Shown here: in pieces, positions 1 to 12,734 of the stretch
How positions within the stretch are numbered: position 1 is the first letter of the stretch
Layout of the letters: the number at the start of each line of letters is the position of its first letter
Origin: Tubulanus polymorphus
Taxonomy: Eukaryota > Animalia > Nemertea
Length of the DNA: 64,000 nt
Direction of reading: 5' to 3'
NCBI RefSeq assembly: GCF_964204645.1
Contig: NC_134035.1
Location: forward strand, 7,720,451-7,784,450
The notes under the pieces: model-generated
Told to the model about the DNA's origin: nothing
Databases searched by the model: none
Seen by the model: the letters and a program-made list of their open reading frames with translations, nothing else
Translations under genes and position numbers: made by a program

Positions 1-782
1 CGTTCACACTAGGATTTCAGTACGGTACTAAGCGTTCACACTAGGAATTTATTCGAGGCCTATGGAGAAAAATGCAGTTATCTTTATCTTATCACCCGTC
101 ATCTGTATCAGGTCTTCACGCGGTTCCAGGGGGTAGACCGCACACTATACACCTCCAGTTTTTCAGTTGGCCCCCGAAAATCTTTCCCGTCAAAATGACG
201 AAAAGAATTGTATAATATTCTCGCTCCCTGTTGTGCGGACATACTTATAAGCATCCTCGGCCGCGCTAATGGCCAGAGGGAAGGAAAAGCAAACCCTAAA
301 AAATTACCCAACGGTTATCACAATCGTCGCCGGAAAAATAGAATCCACACCCTCAAAACAGATCGTACCGTGTCCAAAGGCAACTAAAAAGGAGTATACT
401 AAACCAACCCTCCAGCCAACATGACCGAAGCCATGACAACGGACACTAAGAGGCGTTGATAAAATTCTGCGTCCACACGGGAAGGTGCCAGGAATCTCAC
501 ATTCCTTATTTAGTTTAGTTTGCGAGAACACTGTTCGAAACGGTTGGGGGAGAGTCGATCTATACGATGTGTAGAAACGAGGTGATTCTATTACATCTAG
601 ATTCTCGTTTTGACCTTCACACCTGTGTCCCTGTGTCTCGGTTTGTGATGATAGTCCAGTATATTGCGTATCTTCATCTTCGAAAATTCTATCACTTTGG
701 TCTAAATCAGAGCCTGATTCAATGTCAGATTCAGAATCACTGTCTTGTTCGTGGTCAGATTTGACGGGTTCTACAGTTACCG

Positions 783-923
783 GCCCCAACTCATGACTTG
801 TAACTCGGCGTGCCCAAACTCATGACTTGTAGCTCATGCCCAAATCATGATTTGGAACTCATGCCCCAAATCATGACTTGTAACTCATGCCCCAACTCAT
901 GACTTGTAACTCATGGCGCCCAA
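783..923. repeat. Minisatellite, about 5 copies of a 25-29 bp unit (CCCAACTCATGACTTGTAACTCATG-like)
   Basis: TCATGA(C/T)TTG(T/G)A(A/G)CTC core seen five times in tandem. Confidence 0.85.
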
Positions 924-1088
924 TAACTGAGTTTTTCGCAATTGAAGAAAACAGCTGATCGCCAGTAGTTTGTGAAGAAATCAGATATTGACGATTGCGA
1001 ACAGTTCATCTACGCCTATCCCTTGTGCTAGTGTTGGAACGTGGCTAAAGGATCAGCGTTAATGGAGAGGGAAACTAAAAGAACGGTA

Positions 1089-1323
1089 ACTTAGCAACAC
1101 AATCTGTGACGACGTCACATTTCCAGAAAACAGCCGATCTCCTTCATATCTCGCAAACTATTGATTTGCGAATGTACACGCGACAACAAAATTTTGACGG
1201 CTTCATTCAACCATTCATCACACTTCCCTGATTCAACCAAAAGCGAAAAGACAGACAGACAAACAAACAAACAAACGGCTGGTAGCGATGTGCATTCATT
1301 TTGAAATAATCGAAAGAAAATCG
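1089..1323. repeat. Degenerate partial 5S spacer relic at the array boundary, with no 5S gene
   Basis: Colinear, diverged match to the spacer (ACTTAGCAACACAATCTGTGAC...CGACAACAAAATTTTGACGGCTTC...AAACGGCTG...TTTTGAAATAATCG), joined to a normal spacer at 1324. Confidence 0.85.
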
Positions 1324-1484
1324 ATCTAACAAAGTATCGATTTGGGAATATATCTGCGACAACAAAATTTTGACAGCTTCGTTCAACTAATGGCGAAAAC
1401 AAACAAGCAATTCGCAAATAAACAAACAAATAAACGGCTGTTTGCGAGTGCTTTTAATTTTTGAAATAAATCGAGCAAAATTTG

Positions 1485-1490
1485 AAAAAA
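1485..1490 (-). terminator. Pol III oligo-T terminator (T6; representative, T5-T6 in every unit)
   Basis: AAAAAA on the plus strand directly adjoining the 5S 3' end. Confidence 0.9.
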
Positions 1491-1608
1491 GTCTACAGCA
1501 CCCGGTATTCCCAGGCGGTCACCCATCCAAGTACTAACCGGGCCCGACGTCGCATAACTTCGGTGATCGGACGAGAACCGGTGCTTTCAACGTGGTATGG
1601 CCGTAGAC
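1490..1608 (-). rRNA. 5S: 5S rRNA (terminal copy; two substitutions near box A at 1551 and 1554)
   Basis: Minus strand GTCTACGGCCATACCACG...GTACTTGGATGGGTGACCGCCTGGGAATACCGGGTGCTGTAGACT matches eukaryotic 5S. Confidence 0.9.
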
Positions 1609-1636
1609 AACAAAACGTATGAATCTAACCGTTTTG

Positions 1637-1642
1637 ATATTA
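1637..1642 (-). promoter_or_regulatory. TATA-like element TAATAT at -34 to -29 of 5S (representative; recurs in nearly all units)
   Basis: Position matches the upstream AT-rich element typical of 5S genes. Confidence 0.5.
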
Positions 1643-2044
1643 CCTTCTCGATAGGATCGCCACCTCAGCGAGGCATCCACTTTTTATGTCTCTTTTAACA
1701 CAGTTTCAATTGCTCAACTGATAAAACCAGGTACAATTATCCATTCGCTCCATCGAAAGATGTAGAAACAAACGCCTTTCCCTTCGCTCAAGGATCGGCG
1801 TTGAATAAGGCGGAGGAAACTATGAGAACAGCTACTTAGCAACACAATCTGTGACGTCACATTACCAGAAAACATCTAATCTTCTATCTAACAAAGTATC
1901 GATTTGGGAATATATCTGCGACAACAAAATTTTGACGGCTTCGTTCAACTAATGGCGAAAACAAACAAGCAAATAAACAAACAAATAAACGGCTGTTTGC
2001 GAGTGCTTTTAATTTTTGAAATAAATCGAGCAAAATTTGAAAAA

Positions 2045-2163
2045 AGTCTACAGCACCAGGTTTTCCCAGGCGGTCACCCATCCAAGTACTAACCGGGCCC
2101 GACGTTGCTTAACTTCGGTGATCGGACGAGAACCGGTGCTTTCAACGTGGTATGGCCATAGAC
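2045..2163 (-). rRNA. 5S: 5S rRNA (variant)
   Basis: Array copy with a few substitutions. Confidence 0.9.
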
Positions 2164-2601
2164 AACAAAACGTATAAATCTAACCGTTTCGATATTACCT
2201 TCTCGATAGGATCGCCACCTCAGCGAGGCATCCACTTTTTATGTCTCTTTTAACACAGTTTCAATTGCTCAACTGATAAAACCAGGTACAATTATCCATT
2301 CGCTCCATCGAAAGATGTAGAAACAAACGCCTTTCCCTTCGCTCAAGGATCGGCGTTGAATAAGGCGGAGGAAACTATGAGAACAGCTACTTAGCAACAC
2401 AATCTGTGACGTCACATTACCAGAAAACATCCAATCTTCTATCTCTAACAAAGTATCGATTTGGGAATATATCTGCGACAACAAAATTTTGACAGCTTCG
2501 TTCAACTAATGGCGAAAACAAACGAGCAAATAAACAAACAAATAAACGGCTGTTTGCGAGTGCTTTTAATTTTTGAAATAAATCGAGCAAAATTTGAAAA
2601 A

Positions 2602-2720
2602 AGTCTACAGCACCCGGTATTCCCAGGCGGTCACCCATCCAAGTACTAACCGGGCCCGACGGTGCTTAACTTCGGTGATCGGACGAGAACCGGTGCTTTC
2701 AACGTGGTATGGCCGTAGAC
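2602..2720 (-). rRNA. 5S: 5S rRNA
   Basis: Array copy. Confidence 0.95.
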
Positions 2721-3157
2721 AACAAAACGTATAAATATAACCGTTTTGATATTACCTACTCGATAGGATCTCCACCTCAGCGAGGCATCCACTTTTTATG
2801 TCTCTTTTAACACAGTTTCAATTGCTCAACTGATAAAACCAGGTTCAATTATCCATTCGCTCCATCGAAAGATGTAGAAACAAACGCCTTTCCCTTCGCT
2901 CAAGGATCGGCGTTGAATAGGCGGAGGAAACTATGAGAACAGCTACTTAGCAACACAATCTGTGACTACACATTACCAGAAAACAACCAATCTTCTATCT
3001 CTAACAAAGTATCGATTTGGGGATATATCTGCGACAACAAAATTTTGACAGCTTCGTTCAACTAATGGCGAAAACAAACAAGCAAATAAACAAACAAATA
3101 AACGGCTGTTTGCGAGTGCTTTTAATTTTTGAAATAAATCGAGCAAAATTTGAAAAA

Positions 3158-3276
3158 AGTCTACAGCACCCGGTATTCCCAGGCGGTCACCCATCCAAGT
3201 ACTAACCGGGCCCGACGTTGTTTAACTTCGGTGATCGGACGAGAACCGGTGCTTTCAACGTGGTATGGCCGTAGAC
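3158..3276 (-). rRNA. 5S: 5S rRNA
   Basis: Array copy. Confidence 0.95.
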
Positions 3277-3714
3277 AACAAAACGTATGAATCTAACCGT
3301 TTTGATATTACCTTCTCGATAGGATCGCCACCTCAGCGAGGCATCCACTTTTTATGTCTCTTTTAACACAGTTTCAATTGCTCAACTGATAAAACCAGGT
3401 ACAATTATCCATTCGCTCCATCGAAAGATGTAGAAACAAACGCCTTTCCCTTCACTCAAGGCTCGGCGTTGAATAAGGCGGAGGAAACTATGAGAACAGC
3501 TACTTAGCAACACAATCTGTGACGTCACATTACCAGAAAACATCCAATCTTCTATCTCTAACAAAGTATCGATTTGGGAATATATCTGCGACAACAAAAT
3601 TTTGACACCTTCGTTCAACTAATGGCGTAAACAAACAAGCAAATAAACAAACAAATAAACGGCTGTTTGCGAGTGCTTTTAATTTTTGAAATAAATCGAG
3701 CAAAATTTGAAAAA

Positions 3715-3833
3715 AGTCTACAGCACCCGGTATTCCCAGGCGGTCACCCATCCAAGTACTAACCGGGCCCGACGCTGCTTAACTTCGGTGATCGGACGAG
3801 TACCGGTGCTTTCAACGTGGTATGGCCGTAGAC
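3715..3833 (-). rRNA. 5S: 5S rRNA
   Basis: Array copy. Confidence 0.95.
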
Positions 3834-4271
3834 AACAAAACGTATAAATCTAACCGTTTTGATATTACCTTCTCGATAGGATCGCCACCTCAGCGAGGCA
3901 TCCACTTTTTATGTCTCTTTTAACACAGTTTCAATTGCTCAACTGATAAAACCAGGTACAATTATCCATTCGCTCCATCGAAAGATGTAGAAACAAACGC
4001 CTTTCCCTTCGCTCAAGGATCGGCGTTGAATAAGGCGGAGGAAACTATGAGAACAGCTACTTAGCAACACAATCTGTGACGTCACATTACCAGAAAACAT
4101 CCAATCTTCTATCTCTAACAAAGTATCGATTTGGGAATATATCTGCGACAACAAAATTTTGACAGCTTCGTTCAACTAATGGCGAAAACAAACGAGCAAA
4201 TAAACAAACAAATAAACGGCTGTTTGCGAGTGCTTTTAATTTTTGAAATAAATCGAGCAAAATTTGAAAAA

Positions 4272-4390
4272 AGTCTACAGCACCCGGTATTCCCAGGCGG
4301 TCACCCATCCAAGTACTAACCGGGCCCGACGGTGCTTAACTTCGGTGATCGGACGAGAACCGGTGCTTTCAACGTGGTATGGCCGTAGAC
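4272..4390 (-). rRNA. 5S: 5S rRNA
   Basis: Array copy. Confidence 0.95.
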
Positions 4391-4827
4391 AACAAAACGT
4401 ATAAATATAACCGTTTTGATATTACCTACTCGATAGGATCTCCACCTCAGCGAGGCATCCACTTTTTATGTCTCTTTTAACACAGTTTCAATTGCTCAAC
4501 TGATAAAACCAGGTACAATTATCCATTCGCTCCATCGAAAGATGTAGAAACAAACGCCTTTCCCTTCGCTCAAGGATCGGCGTTGAATAGGCGGAGGAAA
4601 CTATGAGAACAGCTACTTAGCAACACAATCTGTGACTACACATTACCAGAAAACAACCAATCTTCTATCTCTAACAAAGTATCGATTTGGGGATATATCT
4701 GCGACAACAAAATTTTGACAGCTTCGTTCAACTAATGGCGAAAACAAACAAGCAAATAAACAAACAAATAAACGGCTGTTTGCGAGTGCTTTTAATTTTT
4801 GAAATAAATCGAGCAAAATTTGAAAAA

Positions 4828-4946
4828 AGTCTACAGCACCCGGTATTCCCAGGCGGTCACCCATCCAAGTACTAACCGGGCCCGACGTTGTTTAACTTCG
4901 GTGATCGGACGAGAACCGGTGCTTTCAACGTGGTATGGCCGTAGAC
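4828..4946 (-). rRNA. 5S: 5S rRNA
   Basis: Array copy. Confidence 0.95.
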
Positions 4947-5384
4947 AACAAAACGTATGAATCTAACCGTTTTGATATTACCTTCTCGATAGGATCGCCA
5001 CCTCAGCGAGGCATCCACTTTTTATGTCTCTTTTAACACAGTTTCAATTGCTCAACTGATAAAACCAGGTACAATTATCCATTCGCTCCATCGAAAGATG
5101 TAGAAACAAACGCCTTTCCCTTCACTCAAGGCTCGGCGTTGAATAAGGCGGAGGAAACTATGAGAACAGCTACTTAGCAACACAATCTGTGACGTCACAT
5201 TACCAGAAAACATCCAATCTTCTATCTCTAACAAAGTATCGATTTGGGAATATATCTGCGACAACAAAATTTTGACACCTTCGTTCAACTAATGGCGTAA
5301 ACAAACAAGCAAATAAACAAACAAATAAACGGCTGTTTGCGAGTGCTTTTAATTTTTGAAATAAATCGAGCAAAATTTGAAAAA

Positions 5385-5503
5385 AGTCTACAGCACCCGG
5401 TATTCCCAGGCGGTCACCCATCCAAGTACTAACCGGGCCCGACGCTGCTTAACTTCGGTGATCGGACGAGTACCGGTGCTTTCAACGTGGTATGGCCGTA
5501 GAC
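5385..5503 (-). rRNA. 5S: 5S rRNA
   Basis: Array copy. Confidence 0.95.
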
Positions 5504-5939
5504 AACAAAACGTATAAATCTAACCGTTTTGATATTACCTTCTCGATAGGATCGCCACCTCAGCGAGGCATCCACTTTTTATGTCTCTTTTAACACAGTT
5601 TCAATTGCTCAACTGATAAAACCAGGTACAATTATCCATTCGCTCCATCGAAAGATGTAGAAACAAACGCCTTTCCCTTCGCTCAAGGATCGGCGTTGAA
5701 TAAGGCGGAGGAAACTATGAGAACAGCTACTTAGCAACACAATCTGTGACGTCACATTACCAGAAAACATCCAATCTTCTATCTAACAAAGTATCGATTT
5801 GGGAATATATCTGCGACAACAAAATTTTGACGGCTTCGTTCAACTAATGGCGAAAACAAACAAGCAAATAAACAAACAAATAAACGGCTGTTTGCGAGTG
5901 CTTTTAATTTTTGAAATAAATCGAGCAAAATTTGAAAAA

Positions 5940-6058
5940 AGTCTGCAGCACCCGGTATTCCCAGGCGGTCACCCATCCAAGTACTAACCGGGCCCGACGT
6001 TGCTTAACTTCGGTGATCGGACGAGAACCGGTGCTTTCAACGTGGTATGGCCGTAGAC
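5940..6058 (-). rRNA. 5S: 5S rRNA
   Basis: Array copy. Confidence 0.95.
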
Positions 6059-6496
6059 AACAAAACGTATGAATCTAACCGTTTTGATATTACCTTCTCG
6101 ATAGGATCGCCACCTCAGCGAGGCATCCACTTTTTATGTCTCTTTTAACACAGTTTCAATTGCTCAACTGATAAAACCAGGTACAATTATCCATTCGCTC
6201 CATCGAAAGATGTAGAAACAAACGCCTTTCCCTTCGCTCAAGGATCGGCGTTGAATAAGGCGGAGGAAACTATGAGAACAGCTACTTAGCAACACAATCT
6301 GTGACGTCACATTACCAGAAAACATCCAATCTTCTATCTCTAACAAAGTATCGATTTAGGAATATATCTGCGACAACAAAATTTTGACAGCTTCGTTCAA
6401 CTAATGGCGAAAACAAACTAGCAAATAAACAAACAAATAAACGGCTGTTTGCGAGTGCTTTTAATTTTTGAAATAAATCGAGCAAAATTTGAAAAA

Positions 6497-6615
6497 AGTC
6501 TACAGCACCCGGTATTCCCAGGCGGTCACCCATCCAAGTACTAACCGGGCCCGACGCTGCTTAACTTCGGTGATCGGACGAGTACCGGTGCTTTCAACGT
6601 GGTATGGCCGTAGAC
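6497..6615 (-). rRNA. 5S: 5S rRNA
   Basis: Array copy. Confidence 0.95.
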
Positions 6616-7053
6616 AACAAAACGTATAAATCTAACCGTTTCGATATTACCTTCTCGATAGGATCGCCACCTCAGCGAGGCATCCACTTTTTATGTCTCT
6701 TTTAACACAGTTTCAATTGCTCAACTGATAAAACCAGGTACAATTATCCATTCGCTCCATCGAAAGATGTAGAAACAAACGCCTTTCCCTTCGCTCAAGG
6801 ATCGGCGTTGAATAAGGCGGAGGAAACTATGAGAACAGCTACTTAGCAACACAATCTGTGACGTCACATTACCAGAAAACATCCAATCTTCTATCTCTAA
6901 CAAAGTATCGATTTGGGAATATATCTGCGACAACAAAATTTTGACAGCTTCGTTCAACTAATGGCGAAAACAAACGAGCAAATAAACAAACAAATAAACG
7001 GCTGTTTGCGAGTGCTTTTAATTTTTGAAATAAATCGAGCAAAATTTGAAAAA

Positions 7054-7172
7054 AGTCTACAGCACCCGGTATTCCCAGGCGGTCACCCATCCAAGTACTA
7101 ACCGGGCCCGACGGTGCTTAACTTCGGTGATCGGACGAGAACCGGTGCTTTCAACGTGGTATGGCCGTAGAC
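7054..7172 (-). rRNA. 5S: 5S rRNA
   Basis: Array copy. Confidence 0.95.
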
Positions 7173-7609
7173 AACAAAACGTATAAATATAACCGTTTTG
7201 ATATTACCTACTCGATAGGATCTCCACCTCAGCGAGGCATCCACTTTTTATGTCTCTTTTAACACAGTTTCAATTGCTCAACTGATAAAACCAGGTACAA
7301 TTATCCATTCGCTCCATCGAAAGATGTAGAAACAAACGCCTTTCCCTTCGCTCAAGGATCGGCGTTGAATAGGCGGAGGAAACTATGAGAACAGCTACTT
7401 AGCAACACAATCTGTGACTACACATTACCAGAAAACAACCAATCTTCTATCTCTAACAAAGTATCGATTTGGGGATATATCTGCGACAACAAAATTTTGA
7501 CAGCTTCGTTCAACTAATGGCGAAAACAAACAAGCAAATAAACAAACAAATAAACGGCTGTTTGCGAGTGCTTTTAATTTTTGAAATAAATCGAGCAAAA
7601 TTTGAAAAA

Positions 7610-7728
7610 AGTCTACAGCACCCGGTATTCCCAGGCGGTCACCCATCCAAGTACTAACCGGGCCCGACGTTGTTTAACTTCGGTGATCGGACGAGAACCG
7701 GTGCTTTCAACGTGGTATGGCCGTAGAC
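7610..7728 (-). rRNA. 5S: 5S rRNA
   Basis: Array copy. Confidence 0.95.
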
Positions 7729-8166
7729 AACAAAACGTATGAATCTAACCGTTTTGATATTACCTTCTCGATAGGATCGCCACCTCAGCGAGGCATCCAC
7801 TTTTTATGTCTCTTTTAACACAGTTTCAATTGCTCAACTGATAAAACCAGGTACAATTATCCATTCGCTCCATCGAAAGATGTAGAAACAAACGCCTTTC
7901 CCTTCACTCAAGGCTCGGCGTTGAATAAGGCGGAGGAAACTATGAGAACAGCTACTTAGCAACACAATCTGTGACGTCACATTACCAGAAAACATCCAAT
8001 CTTCTATCTCTAACAAAGTATCGATTTGGGAATATATCTGCGACAACAAAATTTTGACACCTTCGTTCAACTAATGGCGTAAACAAACAAGCAAATAAAC
8101 AAACAAATAAACGGCTGTTTGCGAGTGCTTTTAATTTTTGAAATAAATCGAGCAAAATTTGAAAAA

Positions 8167-8285
8167 AGTCTACAGCACCCGGTATTCCCAGGCGGTCACC
8201 CATCCAAGTACTAACCGGGCCCGACGCTGCTTAACTTCGGTGATCGGACGAGTACCGGTGCTTTCAACGTGGTATGGCCGTAGAC
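8167..8285 (-). rRNA. 5S: 5S rRNA
   Basis: Array copy. Confidence 0.95.
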
Positions 8286-8721
8286 AACAAAACGTATAAA
8301 TCTAACCGTTTTGATATTACCTTCTCGATAGGATCGCCACCTCAGCGAGGCATCCACTTTTTATGTCTCTTTTAACACAGTTTCAATTGCTCAACTGATA
8401 AAACCAGGTACAATTATCCATTCGCTCCATCGAAAGATGTAGAAACAAACGCCTTTCCCTTCGCTCAAGGATCGGCGTTGAATAAGGCGGAGGAAACTAT
8501 GAGAACAGCTACTTAGCAACACAATCTGTGACGTCACATTACCAGAAAACATCCAATCTTCTATCTAACAAAGTATCGATTTGGGAATATATCTGCGACA
8601 ACAAAATTTTGACGGCTTCGTTCAACTAATGGCGAAAACAAACAAGCAAATAAACAAACAAATAAACGGCTGTTTGCGAGTGCTTTTAATTTTTGAAATA
8701 AATCGAGCAAAATTTGAAAAA

Positions 8722-8840
8722 AGTCTGCAGCACCCGGTATTCCCAGGCGGTCACCCATCCAAGTACTAACCGGGCCCGACGTTGCTTAACTTCGGTGATC
8801 GGACGAGAACCGGTGCTTTCAACGTGGTATGGCCGTAGAC
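8722..8840 (-). rRNA. 5S: 5S rRNA
   Basis: Array copy. Confidence 0.95.
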
Positions 8841-9278
8841 AACAAAACGTATGAATCTAACCGTTTTGATATTACCTTCTCGATAGGATCGCCACCTCAG
8901 CGAGGCATCCACTTTTTATGTCTCTTTTAACACAGTTTCAATTGCTCAACTGATAAAACCAGGTACAATTATCCATTCGCTCCATCGAAAGATGTAGAAA
9001 CAAACGCCTTTCCCTTCGCTCAAGGATCGGCGTTGAATAAGGCGGAGGAAACTATGAGAACAGCTACTTAGCAACACAATCTGTGACGTCACATTACCAG
9101 AAAACATCCAATCTTCTATCTCTAACAAAGTATCGATTTAGGAATATATCTGCGACAACAAAATTTTGACAGCTTCGTTCAACTAATGGCGAAAACAAAC
9201 TAGCAAATAAACAAACAAATAAACGGCTGTTTGCGAGTGCTTTTAATTTTTGAAATAAATCGAGCAAAATTTGAAAAA

Positions 9279-9397
9279 AGTCTACAGCACCCGGTATTCC
9301 CAGGCGGTCACCCATCCAAGTACTAACCGGGCCCGACGCTGCTTAACTTCGGTGATCGGACGAGTACCGGTGCTTTCAACGTGGTATGGCCGTAGAC
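9279..9397 (-). rRNA. 5S: 5S rRNA
   Basis: Array copy. Confidence 0.95.
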
Positions 9398-9835
9398 AAC
9401 AAAACGTATAAATCTAACCGTTTTGATATTACCTTCTCGATAGGATCGCCACCTCAGCGAGGCATCCACTTTTTATGTCTCTTTTAACACAGTTTCAATT
9501 GCTCAACTGATAAAACCAGGTACAATTATCCATTCGCTCCATCGAAAGATGTAGAAACAAACGCCTTTCCCTTCGCTCAAGGATCGGCGTTGAATAAGGC
9601 GGAGGAAACTATGAGAACAGCTACTTAGCAACACAATCTGTGACGTCACATTACCAGAAAACATCCAATCTTCTATCTCTAACAAAGTATCGATTTGGGG
9701 ATATATCTGCGACAACAAAATTTTGACAGCTTCGTTCAACTAATGGCGAAAACAAACAAGCAAATAAACAAACAAATAAACGGCTGTTTGCGAGTGCTTT
9801 TAATTTTTGAAATAAATCGAGCAAAATTTGAAAAA

Positions 9836-9954
9836 AGTCTACAGCACCCGGTATTCCCAGGCGGTCAACCATCCAAGTACTAACCGGGCCCGACGTTGCT
9901 TAACTTCGGTGATCGGACGAGAACCGGTGCTTTCAACGTGGTATGGCCGTAGAC
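9836..9954 (-). rRNA. 5S: 5S rRNA (box C variant)
   Basis: Array copy; GGTCAACCATCC variant. Confidence 0.9.
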
Positions 9955-10390
9955 ATCAAAACGTATAAATCTAACCGTTTTGATATTACCTACTCGATAG
10001 GATCGCCACCTTAGCGAGGCATCCACTTTTTATGTCTCTTTTAACACAGTTTCAATTGCTCAACTGATAAAACCAGGTACAATTATCCATTCGCTCCATC
10101 GAAAGATGTAGAAACAAACGCCTTTCCCTTCGCTCAAGGATCGGCGTTGCATAAGGCGGAGGAAACTATGAGAACAGCTACTTAGCAACACAATCTGTGA
10201 CTACACATTACCAGAAAACATCCAATCTTCTATCTAACAAAGTATCGATTTGGGAATATATCTGCGACAACAAAATTTTGACGGCTTCGTTCAACTAATG
10301 GCGAAAACAAACAAGCAAATAAACAAACAAATAAACGGCTGTTTGCGAGTGCTTTTAATTTTTGAAATAAATCGAGCAAAATTTGAAAAA

Positions 10391-10509
10391 AGTCTACAGC
10401 ACCCGGTATTCCCAGGCGGTCACCCATCCAAGTACTAACCGGGCCCGACGTTGTTTAACTTCGGTGATCGGACGAGAACCGGTGCTTTCAACGTGGTATG
10501 GCCGTAGAC
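10391..10509 (-). rRNA. 5S: 5S rRNA
   Basis: Array copy. Confidence 0.95.
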
Positions 10510-10947
10510 AACAAAACGTATGAATCTAACCGTTTTGATATTACCTTCTCGATAGGATCGCCACCTCAGCGAGGCATCCACTTTTTATGTCTCTTTTAAC
10601 ACAGTTTCAATTGCTCAACTGATAAAACCAGGTACAATTATCCATTCGCTCCATCGAAAGATGTAGAAACAAACGCCTTTCCCTTCACTCAAGGATCGGC
10701 GTTGAATAAGGCGGAGGAAACTATGAGAACAGCTACTTAGCAACACAATCTGTGACGTCACATTACCAGAAAACATCCAATCTTCTATCTCTAACAAAGT
10801 ATCGATTTGGGAATATATCTGCGACAACAAAATTTTGACACCTTCGTTCAACTAATGGCGTAAACAAACAAGCAAATAAACAAACAAATAAACGGCTGTT
10901 TACGAGTGCTTTTAATTTTTGAAATAAATCGAGCAAAATTTGAAAAA

Positions 10948-11066
10948 AGTCTACAGCACCCGGTATTCCCAGGCGGTCACCCATCCAAGTACTAACCGGG
11001 CCCGACGTTGCTTAATTTCGGTGATCGGACGAGTACCGGTGCTTTCAACGTTGTATGGCCGTAGAC
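10948..11066 (-). rRNA. 5S: 5S rRNA (variant)
   Basis: Array copy with several substitutions. Confidence 0.9.
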
Positions 11067-11502
11067 AACAAAACGTATAAATCTAACCGTTTTGATATTA
11101 CCTTCTCGATAGGATCGCCACCTCAGCGAGGCATCCACTTTTTATGTCTCTTTTAACACAGTTTCAATTGCTCAACTGATAAAACCAGGTACAATTATCC
11201 ATTCGCTCCATCGAAAGATGTAGAAACAAACGCCTTTCCCTTCGCTCAAGGATCGGCGTTGAATAAGGCGGAGGAAACTATGAGAACAGCTACTTAGCAA
11301 CACAATCTGTGACGTCACATTACCAGAAAACATCCAATCTTCTATCTAACAAAGTATCGATTTGGGAATATATCTGCGACAACAAAATTTTGACGGCTTC
11401 GTTCAACTAATGGCGAAAACAAACAAGCAAATAAACAAACAAATAAACGGCTGTTTGCGAGTGCTTTTAATTTTTGAAATAAATCGAGCAAAATTTGAAA
11501 AA

Positions 11503-11621
11503 AGTCTGCAGCACCCGGTATTCCCAGGCGGTCACCCATCCAAGTACTAACCGGGCCCGACGTTGCTTAACTTCGGTGATCGGACGAGAACCGGTGCTTT
11601 CAACGTGGTATGGCCGTAGAC
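11503..11621 (-). rRNA. 5S: 5S rRNA
   Basis: Array copy. Confidence 0.95.
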
Positions 11622-12059
11622 AACAAAACGTATGAATCTAACCGTTTTGATATTACCTTCTCGATAGGATCGCCACCTCAGCGAGGCATCCACTTTTTAT
11701 GTCTCTTTTAACACAGTTTCAATTGCTCAACTGATAAAACCAGGTACAATTATCCATTCGCTCCATCGAAAGATGTAGAAACAAACGCCTTTCCCTTCGC
11801 TCAAGGATCGGCGTTGAATAAGGCGGAGGAAACTATGAGAACAGCTACTTAGCAACACAATCTGTGACGTCACATTACCAGAAAACATCCAATCTTCTAT
11901 CTCTAACAAAGTATCGATTTAGGAATATATCTGCGACAACTAAATTTTGACAGCTTCGTTCAACTAATGGCGAAAACAAACTAGCAAATAAACAAACAAA
12001 TAAACGGCTGTTTGCGAGTGCTTTTAATTTTTGAAATAAATCGAGCAAAATTTGAAAAA

Positions 12060-12178
12060 AGTCTACAGCACCCGGTATTCCCAGGCGGTTACCCATCCAA
12101 GTACTAACCGGACCCGACGTTGCTTAACTTCGGTGATCGGACGAGAACCGGTGCTTTCAACGTGGTATGGCCGTAGAC
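12060..12178 (-). rRNA. 5S: 5S rRNA (variant)
   Basis: Array copy with two substitutions. Confidence 0.9.
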
Positions 12179-12615
12179 AACAAAACGTATCAATCTAACC
12201 GTTTTGATATTACCTTCTCGATAGGATCGCCACCTCAGCGAGGCATCCACTTTTTATGTCTGTTTTAACACAGTTTCAATTGCTCAACTGATAAAACCAG
12301 GTACCAATTATCCATTCGCTCCATCGAAAGATGTAGAAACAAACGCCTTTCCCTTCGCTCAAGGATCGGCGTTGAATAAGGCGGAGGAAACTATGAGAAC
12401 AGCTACTTAGCAACACAATCTGTGACGTCACATTACCAGAAAACATCCAATCTTCTATCTAACAAAGTATCGATTTGGGAATATATCTGCGACAACAAAA
12501 TTTTGACAGCTTCGTTCAACTAATGGCGAAAACAAACTAGCAAATAAACAAACAAATAAACGGCTGTTTGCGAGTGCTTTTAATTTTTGAAATAAATCGA
12601 GCAAAATTTGAAAAA

Positions 12616-12734
12616 AGTCTACAGCACCCGGTATTCCCAGGCGGTCACCCATCCAAGTACTAACCGGGCCCGACGTTGCTTAACTTCGGTGATCGGACGA
12701 GAACCGGTGCTTTCAACGTGGTATGGCCGTAGAC
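12616..12734 (-). rRNA. 5S: 5S rRNA
   Basis: Array copy. Confidence 0.95.

Noticed and set aside
1-46. Direct repeat CGTTCACACTAGGA (1-14, 33-46), possibly a MITE subterminal motif
   Set aside because: Cut off by the window edge and no partner end is visible.
304-789. 161-aa minus-strand ORF with an acidic N-terminal half
   Set aside because: Non-ATG start, no recognisable motif. It could be an eroded retroelement fragment, but nothing here supports a call.
1609-2044. Linked spliced-leader RNA or snRNA in the spacer (CCAG|GTAC donor-like site; Sm-like AATTTTGA and AATTTTTGA)
   Set aside because: The donor-like site and Sm-like motifs are about 200 nt or more apart, and I see no convincing SL or snRNA fold. 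An Rfam/SL covariance search or 5' leader analysis of transcripts would settle it.
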